Shown: one piece after another, positions 57,404 through 64,000 of the stretch
How the letters are laid out: every line of letters starts with the position of its first letter
Numbering within the stretch: the stretch's first letter is position 1
From: Gemmatimonadales bacterium
GTDB taxonomy: Bacteria > Gemmatimonadota > Gemmatimonadetes > Gemmatimonadales > GWC2-71-9
Direction of reading: 5' to 3'
Assembly: GCA_036501385.1 (NCBI GenBank)
Contig: DASYAK010000074.1
Location: forward strand, 27,646-91,645
Length of the DNA stretch: 64,000 bases
Notes under the pieces: model-generated
Told to the model about the DNA's origin: nothing
What the model saw: only the letters and a program-made list of their open reading frames with translations
Databases searched by the model: none
Program-made: the position numbers and the translations under genes

Positions 57404-59731
57404 TCAGCTCGCGGTGGCGAGCTTGGTCACCGATGCCGCCATGGCGCGGACACGAGCACCATCCTTGGCGGTCGCGGCGTCGCTGTTGAGTTCGCTTGCG
57501 AGCTTGGTCAGCGCCGCCTTCTTGGCACCCCCCGACATTCCGTTCGCGGCGTCGAGTTCGCTCTTGATTGCCGCTGCGCGGGAACTCGAAATCCCGTTCC
57601 AGCGCACCAGCTGGTCGAGGTAGGCGCGCGGCACCGCGATGTTTGCCGGCCAGACGAACTTCGGCTGATCCTGCACGTTGAGCCAGTCGAACTTCACCAG
57701 CTTGGCCGCATCCAGTTCGTTCTGCGACAGATACGGGCTCGGCTTGAGCTCGAAGATGTCCATGCCGCGCTGGATCTCCGATCCCACGATGTATCCGTTG
57801 TACCAGTACGACGACCAGAAGCCGGCGTCGCTGGTACCGTTGTTCGGCGGAACATCGAGCGGGCCGCGATCGAAGAAGGCGATCTCCTTCGGGTGCCTGG
57901 GGTCGGTCCAGTCGAAGACCGAGATCCCGCCCTGGTACCACGACTGCACCATGACCTCGCGGCCCGGGACCGGAATCAGCGATCCGTTGTGCGCCACGCA
58001 GTTTTCCGCCTGCGTCTGCGCGGCTGGCATCTTGTAGTACCCCTGGAAGACCATCTTGCCGTTGACGATGTTGAACATCGCGTCGCCGCCCCAGTTCATC
58101 GGATCGGTGGCGCGGCAGTACGCCCGTCCACCACCGCCCCATTCATCGGAGAAGAGGACCTTCGACCCATCGTTGCTGAAGGTGGCCGAGTGCCAGAAGG
58201 AGAAGTTGGTGTCGGCTACGGCGTCGATGCGGCGCGGATTGGCCGGATCGCGGATGTCGAGAAGGAGGCCCATTCCGGCGCAGGCACCGCCGGCAAGCCC
58301 GACGCTCGGGTACACCGTGATGTCATGGCACTGCGTCAGCGTCCCGCGCGGCTGCGGCGGGAAGGGAATGTTGGCGTAGCCCATGGCGCGGAGCGAGTCG
58401 GTCGACTTCACCCAACGCATCGAATCGGCCTTGGCCGAGGTCGGCGTGAGCGGAGTCACCCGTGACAGCGCGTATTCGCTCCAGATCGTCAGCGAATCGT
58501 CGTGCGTTTCCGGGAGATTCCCGCGGCCGCCACGTCCGCCGCGTCCGCCACCGCCGCCGCGTCCCGCGAATCCACCGCGGTTGAGCGGGAAGTATCCGGC
58601 GCTCGTGAGCGAATCGGCTGAGTACTGCCGAGCCGCTTCGTCCGCGCTCGATGCGCCGGCAGGGGCCGCCGCCAGTTCGGCAATCGACCCCGTCATGTTA
58701 CCGGGAGCCGGGCGAACGAACACGGTCGGCGCTCCACCCGCTGCGCCAAACCCGCCGCGACCACGGCCGCCGGCTGCAGCGCCCTGATCCGATGCCGGTG
58801 CGCCGTGCGTGCCGATCCGGTTGACGAGATCACCGCCGGTCGCCGCGTCCTGGAAGATGCGCGCATGACTCACCACCGCGGCCTGCTCGGGATGCGCCAG
58901 CGGCACCTTGATCACTTCGATGTTGAAGAGCGCGGTGTTGGGATCGCGCGGATCGGGAATGCAGCGCGCGAGTTCCGCCGCCGGGCGCACGCCCGATGTC
59001 CCCGAGATGTAGATGTAGATGTTGTTCTTGTCGTTCGGGTCGGTCACCACGGTGTGGGTGTGCGAACCGCGGCAGGTCTGCACTTCGGTGATCACCTTGG
59101 GGTGCGCGATATCGGTAATGTCGAAGATGCGCACACCGCGGATCCGGTCCTTGTTGACCGCACCCGGAGCGCCGCCTGTCCCGCAATCGACGCGCGAGTT
59201 GGTCGCCTCCGCTGACACGAAGAGGAGATGGCCGTACACCGAGATGTCATCCTGCGACGCCGGGCACGAATAGCCGGTCGCCAGCGTGGGGTGGCTGGGA
59301 TTGGAAATGTCCCAGATCTCGTAGCCGTTGTAATTCCCCTGGATGACGTACTTCCCGTCGAAGGCGAGATCGGAATGCGTCGCGCCGGCCGACGACGGGC
59401 TCGGTGCCGTGTGCGACACCATGGTCATGTTCCAGATCGCCTCGGCCGCGGGCTTGGTGATCGTCTTGGTCGCGGCGTCCCAATCGCCCGGCGCCAGACC
59501 GACGCGCGGATCAGGTGACGGCGCGGCAATGGCATCCATCGCCGACATGTCGGGGGTCGGCAGCGGCGCCATCGCCGACGTCGGTCCCGAGCCGGTTGCC
59601 GGCGTCGGCGCAGTGCCCGCCTGCGTTGCCGGGTGATTGCACGCAGCGGCGTACAGCATCACGCCGGCGAGCGAAAGGAATGCGGTGGTCCACCGCGCGA
59701 ATGAACGTCGGTGCAGCGATGCGAGTGTCAT
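57404..59731 (-). CDS. Secreted LVIVD-repeat beta-propeller protein with C-terminal helical tail, paralog 2 (carries a long Gly/Arg-rich insertion)
   Basis: Internal ATG 59731 gives the signal/lipobox-like TTAFLSLAGVMLYAAAC. Colinear with 53852..55816 (DLAFDGKYVIQGNYNGYEIWDISNP, VRIFDITDIAHP, GLLLDIRDPANP, GMDIFEL). Confidence 0.8.
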   Translation of the reverse strand: MTLASLHRRSFARWTTAFLSLAGVMLYAAACNHPATQAGTAPTPATGSGPTSAMAPLPTPDMSAMDAIAAPSPDPRVGLAPGDWDAATKTITKPAAEAIWNMTMVSHTAPSPSSAGATHSDLAFDGKYVIQGNYNGYEIWDISNPSHPTLATGYSCPASQDDISVYGHLLFVSAEATNSRVDCGTGGAPGAVNKDRIRGVRIFDITDIAHPKVITEVQTCRGSHTHTVVTDPNDKNNIYIYISGTSGVRPAAELARCIPDPRDPNTALFNIEVIKVPLAHPEQAAVVSHARIFQDAATGGDLVNRIGTHGAPASDQGAAAGGRGRGGFGAAGGAPTVFVRPAPGNMTGSIAELAAAPAGASSADEAARQYSADSLTSAGYFPLNRGGFAGRGGGGGRGGRGGRGNLPETHDDSLTIWSEYALSRVTPLTPTSAKADSMRWVKSTDSLRAMGYANIPFPPQPRGTLTQCHDITVYPSVGLAGGACAGMGLLLDIRDPANPRRIDAVADTNFSFWHSATFSNDGSKVLFSDEWGGGGRAYCRATDPMNWGGDAMFNIVNGKMVFQGYYKMPAAQTQAENCVAHNGSLIPVPGREVMVQSWYQGGISVFDWTDPRHPKEIAFFDRGPLDVPPNNGTSDAGFWSSYWYNGYIVGSEIQRGMDIFELKPSPYLSQNELDAAKLVKFDWLNVQDQPKFVWPANIAVPRAYLDQLVRWNGISSSRAAAIKSELDAANGMSGGAKKAALTKLASELNSDAATAKDGARVRAMAASVTKLATAS

Positions 59732-59786
59732 GGATGAATCCGTGAAAGGGGCAGCGGGAAAACGGTGGTGGTCGGGTCGGTCGGCA

Positions 59787-60482
59787 TCATGGGTTGTTTC
59801 CGGTGATCGGCCTGCCGGCAAGCATCGCCTCCATCCGGGCGATCTCGGCCATCTGATCGGCATGTACGGCCGTGGCGAACTTGAAGATGTCGTCGTCCTG
59901 TCCGCCATTGGGTGAGGCGAAGAGGGTGTCGACCATCGAGAGCGCGCCATTGTGGTGCTGGATCATGAACGTCATGAAGAGGCGGTCGAAGTCGGGGCCG
60001 CGCGATTCGTCGAGCATCTTCATCTGCGCCGGGGTGAGCATTCCCGGCATCATCATCACCATGCCGGTGTCGGATCCCGACATCGACATCCCGGGCATCG
60101 ACGACATCGGCATCCGGCCGTTGGTGTCGGGCACGGCGAAATTGTGATCATGCAGCCAGTTCTGCATGAAGATGATATCGTCGTGCTGCGACAGTGCGAT
60201 GCGGGCGCAGAGCGTCTGGATTCCCTGGCTCGCACCATGGCTCGGCGCCCAGCGCGCCATCACGACAGCCTGGGCGTGGTGCGCGATCATTCCCTGCATG
60301 AAGTCGGCGTCGGCTTTCGACACCGGATAGCGTGGTTGGCCGGCCTCGGGAGCTGCGGCCGATTGGGCTTGAGCCTGGGAGACACACAGGCAGAGTGCGA
60401 GCGCGGTTGCACTCGCGGCGATCAGCGAATGGCGTAGCCGAAACACGAGATACCTCTGGGTCGGCGGAATTGCGCGAAACAT
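59787..60482 (-). CDS. Secreted DUF305 protein, paralog 2
   Basis: Internal ATG 60482. Signal LIAASATALALCLCVSQAQAQ. FMQGMIAHHAQAVVMAR and FMTFMIQHHNGALSMV. Expanded Met-rich linker GRMPMSSMPGMSMSGSDTGMVMMMPGM. Confidence 0.88.
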   Translation of the reverse strand: MFRAIPPTQRYLVFRLRHSLIAASATALALCLCVSQAQAQSAAAPEAGQPRYPVSKADADFMQGMIAHHAQAVVMARWAPSHGASQGIQTLCARIALSQHDDIIFMQNWLHDHNFAVPDTNGRMPMSSMPGMSMSGSDTGMVMMMPGMLTPAQMKMLDESRGPDFDRLFMTFMIQHHNGALSMVDTLFASPNGGQDDDIFKFATAVHADQMAEIARMEAMLAGRPITGNNP

Positions 60483-60674
60483 GTCAGGCAACCACGGATA
60501 AAAGGCCGTCTGCTCGGGGGAGAATCTAAGGTTAGGCCCGGTCGCACCGGTACGCAATCGTGACCGCCGCCGCCGGTGCGGCGAACTCACCATCACGTAT
60601 AGAATTGGAACTGGAATCGAGAGCGCCTGGCGCCCGTGCGCAATTGCCGGAAGCTGATCGTCCCCTCCTTTCTC

Positions 60675-61187
60675 ATGCCACAGACGCCGGAGATTCCCGT
60701 GACCATTGGCACCTCGCTTCTCCCCGAATTCGACCAGGAAATGGCCAATACTCGCCGCCTCCTGGAGCGCGTTCCCGGCGACAAGGCCGACTGGAAGCCT
60801 CACCCGAAGTCGTTTTCACTGGGGCACCTCGCGCAGCTGGTGAGCTGGATGCCGGGATGGATCGCACAGACGCTCACCCACGATTCGCTCGACCTTGCGA
60901 CTGGAGCGGGCTACAGCAACCAGAGCACCGCCGCCCTGGTCGATGGGTTCGATTGCAACGTCCATGAGGGGCGCGAAGCGCTCTCCAACGCGAGTGACGC
61001 CACCTTCGCCGGGACCTGGTCGCTCAAGCGCGGCGATCAGGTCTTCTGGGCCGCGCCGCGCGCCGTGGTGGTGCGGACTCACATCTCGCATCTGTCGCAC
61101 CACCGCGGCCAGCTCACCGTCTATCTCCGGATACTCGATGTGCCGCTGCCATCGATCTACGGTCCCACCGCCGACGAGCGGATGTAG
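60675..61187 (+). CDS. DinB-family protein
   Basis: FDQEMANTRRLLERVP, WKPHPKSFSLGHLAQLV, HISHLSHHRGQLTVYLR. Internal ATG 60675. Confidence 0.85.
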   Translation: MPQTPEIPVTIGTSLLPEFDQEMANTRRLLERVPGDKADWKPHPKSFSLGHLAQLVSWMPGWIAQTLTHDSLDLATGAGYSNQSTAALVDGFDCNVHEGREALSNASDATFAGTWSLKRGDQVFWAAPRAVVVRTHISHLSHHRGQLTVYLRILDVPLPSIYGPTADERM

Positions 61188-61370
61188 CGTTCCGGCGATC
61201 AACCGATACTCGATGACCCGGTCTGTGTTGGCGGCCCGGAGTGCCCGCGATTCGCGCCTCCTCGCGAAGCCGGACCAGACCGGGGTATCTTCGTCAACCC
61301 CCACACGTAGCCAACATTCGTGGCGTCTCTGACCGGAGCCGCCGCGCCACTAACACAGGAATTTCGAGCC

Positions 61371-61874
61371 ATGACGATCTGGAAGGAACAAGCCCCGGCG
61401 AAGAAGGAATCGATTCCCATTTCCCCTGCGGCGCCAAAGCTGGACAACCCACCCCGCGCCGAATCGGCGCAGGCCTATGACGTTCCCCGCCGCGTCCCCG
61501 ATCGCGAAGCCAAGGAATCGCTGATCGCTTCCGATCTGACGGTCGAAGGAAAGATCGAAGGCGCGGGCCATGTGCGGATCGCCGGCCGCTTCAAGGGCGA
61601 TGTCAACGTTCAGGGGCATCTCACTATCGAGGTCGGCGCCAAGCTGACCGGCGGCGTGCGCGCCAACACCGTGATCATCGGCGGCGAGCTCGACGGAAAC
61701 ATCGAGGCTGCCTCGCGAGTCGAGCTGCTCGAGACCGGCGTCCTCAACGGGGATCTCAAGGCCGGGTCGCTCACCGTCGCGGCCGGGTCGCGGATGCGTG
61801 GCCAGGTCGAGTTCGGTTGGGACGAAAAAGGTGGCAAGGCCGCGCTCCGCATGGAGAGTGGCTCGGCGTCATGA
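61371..61874 (+). CDS. Bactofilin (polymer-forming cytoskeletal protein)
   Basis: Pro-rich N-tail, then the beta-helical bactofilin core LIASDLTVEGKIEGAGHVRIAGRFKGDVNVQGHLTIEVGAKLTGGVRANTVIIGGELDGNIEAASRVELLETGVLNGDLKAGSLTVAAGSRMRGQVEF. Confidence 0.88.
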   Translation: MTIWKEQAPAKKESIPISPAAPKLDNPPRAESAQAYDVPRRVPDREAKESLIASDLTVEGKIEGAGHVRIAGRFKGDVNVQGHLTIEVGAKLTGGVRANTVIIGGELDGNIEAASRVELLETGVLNGDLKAGSLTVAAGSRMRGQVEFGWDEKGGKAALRMESGSAS

Positions 61875-62245
61875 GCACGACCCGTCAGGGCGTACCGGGC
61901 ACCACGCGAACCTGTCCGCACTGCCGGGCCACGATTCTGGAGAGCGCCAGCGTCTGTCCGGCGTGCAAGCATCGGTTGCGTTTCGATGCCAGCACGCCGC
62001 AGCGCGCGACGCCGAGTTTTTCGCCACTCCGTGTTGAAGGGACGATCCGCCATCCGCAGGAAGGCGGGGCGTGGGAATACTCGGTGCTCCTGTCGATTCG
62101 CAATGAACGCGGCGAGGAAGTGGCGCGTCAGATCGTCGGTGTCGGCGCGCTGCGTCCCACCGAGCAGCGCACCTTCACCCTCGCGGTCGAAGTGTTCACT
62201 CCCGGGCAAACCGGAATTCCAGGCGTGGATGCGCCGGAATCATGA
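61871..62245 (+). CDS. Zinc-ribbon protein of unknown function
   Basis: The ATG overlaps the bactofilin TGA (ATGA at 61871..61874). CPHC-N12-CPAC motif near the N-terminus followed by a beta-rich domain of roughly 80 aa. Confidence 0.6.
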   Translation: MSTTRQGVPGTTRTCPHCRATILESASVCPACKHRLRFDASTPQRATPSFSPLRVEGTIRHPQEGGAWEYSVLLSIRNERGEEVARQIVGVGALRPTEQRTFTLAVEVFTPGQTGIPGVDAPES

Positions 62246-62274
62246 CGCAGCGCGGCCCCGTCCGCTGAGTTGAT

Positions 62275-63135
62275 GTGATCGAGGGACGCCCCAGCCGCAC
62301 CGCACTGGGCGCGGCCGCGCGCCGAGCGATGCACCGCCTGCTCGATGACCCGCTGATTCTCGACGACCCGCTTGCGCTCGCGATCCTTCCTCCCGAGGGA
62401 GTCGAACGGGTGCGGCGCGAGACCACCGGCCGCAGGGCCCGCGGGTCGTCGCGGCTGCGCGGATTTCTTGCTGCACGCAGCCGCGTCGCCGAAGACTGGC
62501 TCGCATCGGTTGCAGCTCGCGGCGTCGATCAGTACGTCATTCTCGGCGCCGGCCTCGATACCTTCGCCTATCGCTCGCACGATCGCTTTCCGTCGTTGCG
62601 CGTCTTCGAGGTCGACCACCCCGCAACCCAGGCGTGGAAACGCGAACGGCTTGTCGCCGGCGAAATCGCAATTCCCGGAAGCGTCGTCTTCGTTCCGGTC
62701 GATTTCACCAGCGACTCGCTGATGGCGTCGCTGGTTCGCGCAGGGTTCGATCCCGCTCGTCCCGCCTGCTTCGCGTGGCTCGGTGTCACGATGTATCTGC
62801 ACCAGCCCGACGTCATGGCCACGCTTTCCGCGATTGCCGGGTGTGCGTCGGGCACCAGCGTCGTCTTCGACTACATGGTGAGCGACAGCCATCTGTCGCT
62901 CCTCGCGCGCTGGTTCGTCGGGCGCGGCGCGCGCCGGGTGGCTCGGCATGGGGAACCGTGGGTGGGGCGCTTCGACCCGCCGGTGCTCGCCGCGGCGCTC
63001 CACCGGGTCGGCTTCGGCACCGTGACCGATCTCGGCCCAGACGATCTCTACCGCCGCTTTTTCCAGGACCGGACCGACGGCCTGCGAATTGGTCCGGTCG
63101 GCCACGTCGTCATCGCCGAGGCCACCGGCGGTTGA
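62275..63135 (+). CDS. Class I SAM-dependent methyltransferase (leucine carboxyl/O-methyltransferase-like family)
   Basis: GRPSRTALGAAARRAMH, QYVILGAGLDTFAYR, VFEVDHPATQAWKRERL, WLGVTMYL. Confidence 0.85.
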   Translation: MIEGRPSRTALGAAARRAMHRLLDDPLILDDPLALAILPPEGVERVRRETTGRRARGSSRLRGFLAARSRVAEDWLASVAARGVDQYVILGAGLDTFAYRSHDRFPSLRVFEVDHPATQAWKRERLVAGEIAIPGSVVFVPVDFTSDSLMASLVRAGFDPARPACFAWLGVTMYLHQPDVMATLSAIAGCASGTSVVFDYMVSDSHLSLLARWFVGRGARRVARHGEPWVGRFDPPVLAAALHRVGFGTVTDLGPDDLYRRFFQDRTDGLRIGPVGHVVIAEATGG

Positions 63136-63243
63136 CCGGCGGCGTGCCTGATGAGGGCCCCTCGCCGTCTCCCTCCACCGCGGGCCGCCGCCCTCTTACG
63201 GCGATCGCGGTTTCCGCGCATTATCTGCGGGGAGGGATGATCC

Positions 63244-63681
63244 GTGGAATTGCACGATGGCTTTGTACTCGAGCGCTACAAGGTGCTGGTCGAACGTGAG
63301 CGCGCCTGCGCGGCAATGGCACGCGACGCCTTCGCGACCTACGGCAAGTTCGTCGTCGTCGTGGCGCTCGGCGCGGTGGCAATGGTGTCGGCGCGCGAGT
63401 CGCTCGGTCTCGACAAGGAGATGATGCCGCAGCTGCTGCAGCTCCTTGGCGGCCTGGTCGGCTTTCTCGCCCTGGTTGCCGTGGCGCAGATCATCACCGC
63501 GATGGTACGCCGCCACATGCTGCATCAAGCCCGGCGCGGAATCGATCCCGACACCGAGCGCATGCGACCCATCTGGTGGGTGGCCGATGCGATCTTTCTG
63601 CTGATCATCGTCGTGTCGCTGCTGTACGCATGGAGAGCGGCGGCCCAGCTCGCCGACCAGGTGGCGCGATCCGCGACGTAG
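63244..63681 (+). CDS. Hypothetical membrane protein (3 predicted TM helices)
   Basis: Hydrophobic helices FVVVVALGAVAMV, LLGGLVGFLALVAVAQIITAM, VADAIFLLIIVVSLLYAW. No family recognised. Confidence 0.5.
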   Translation: MELHDGFVLERYKVLVERERACAAMARDAFATYGKFVVVVALGAVAMVSARESLGLDKEMMPQLLQLLGGLVGFLALVAVAQIITAMVRRHMLHQARRGIDPDTERMRPIWWVADAIFLLIIVVSLLYAWRAAAQLADQVARSAT

Positions 63682-63769
63682 CCGCCGGTTCGGGGAAGCG
63701 AAAGCGGTGTGATCAGATCGTGACGGCGGCAGGGAAGCAATCGCCGGCGTTTTGGCGTAGCCTTCCGTC

Positions 63770-64000
63770 ATGGTGATTCTTCCACTCCTCTTCCAGATCG
63801 CGGCGCTTCCGCAGCGCGGAGTGCCCGACCCCGGCGTCATCGCGACCAATCAGCGGATCACGCCCGCGGGGGCGGAGACCGTCTTCGATGGGCGCGTCAC
63901 TGGATTGCGTTTCGGACGCGATCCCGGCGAAGTCCTCGTGGCCGTTGGCGCCGATGTCTACCGGATGGTGTGGGCCGACAACCGCGTCGCCGATCACTGG
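63770..64000 (+). CDS. Partial ORF running off the window end (hypothetical, N-terminal fragment)
   Basis: ATG at 63770, open to 64000 (MVILPLLFQIAALPQRGVPDPGVIATNQRITPAGAETVFDGRVTGLRFGRDPGEVLVAVGADVYRMVWADN). GC3-rich codon usage and a signal-like start. Not in the ORF track because there is no stop. Confidence 0.4.
   Translation, partial: MVILPLLFQIAALPQRGVPDPGVIATNQRITPAGAETVFDGRVTGLRFGRDPGEVLVAVGADVYRMVWADNRVADHW

Noticed and set aside
60598-60605. TATAGAAT, a sigma-70 -10-like hexamer in a locally AT-richer patch 70 nt upstream of the DinB gene.
   Set aside because: There is no acceptable -35 element at 16-18 nt spacing (GGTGCG). A single AT-rich octamer is too weak to report as a promoter.

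Overview
This is a very GC-rich, gene-dense bacterial chromosomal window; third codon positions are almost always G/C. I can support about 55 protein-coding genes. I found no rRNA, tRNA, CRISPR array, transposase, integrase or prophage signature. The ORF track contains many long antisense or mirror ORFs that are high-GC artefacts, and many real genes start well inside the listed ORF.

Gene order:
- gyrA 5' fragment (-)
- Tat-Rieske protein plus two membrane proteins (-)
- OMF-MFP-RND efflux operon (-)
- gcvT-gcvH-gcvP (+)
- Exported carbohydrate-type trio: Tat protein, Tat GH-like protein, Sec-signal beta-helix/PA14 protein (+)
- udk, gluQ (+)
- slt, DAACS symporter, tal, tkt (-)
- LURP-one-like, sulfite-oxidase-family Mo enzyme, histidine phosphatase (+)
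- Degenerate MBL-fold protein with an RGG insert (-)
- Beta-carbonic anhydrase (+), CHRD protein (-)
- Ser/Thr kinase plus PD40 propeller (-)
- YCII(DGPF), VOC, BNR propeller, ThiS/MoaD-like GG protein (+)
- Lipoprotein, then a five-gene YtrA-type GntR/ABC operon (-)
- ECF42-like sigma, VOC, DinB (+)
- Penicillin-acylase-family protein and a hypothetical protein (+)
- Two head-to-head ~1100-aa VPS10/sortilin-like BNR proteins
- Two DUF305+LVIVD-propeller modules (-) flanking an ICMT-like methyltransferase (+)
- DinB, bactofilin plus zinc-ribbon protein, SAM methyltransferase, membrane protein, partial ORF (+)

The protein repertoire suggests a Gemmatimonadota- or Acidobacteriota-like soil bacterium, but that is only a guess.

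Best candidates for undescribed biology:
1. The duplicated DUF305 + LVIVD module.
2. A cytoplasmic BNR propeller translationally coupled to an orphan ubiquitin-like Gly-Gly protein. It lies in a YCII/VOC cluster carrying a candidate ECF42-type promoter.
3. The YtrA/ABC operon with two uncharacterised C-terminally anchored proteins.
4. Recurrent in-frame Gly/Arg-rich (RGG) insertions in at least five exported enzymes.

All functional calls rest on motif recognition by eye. No searches were run.
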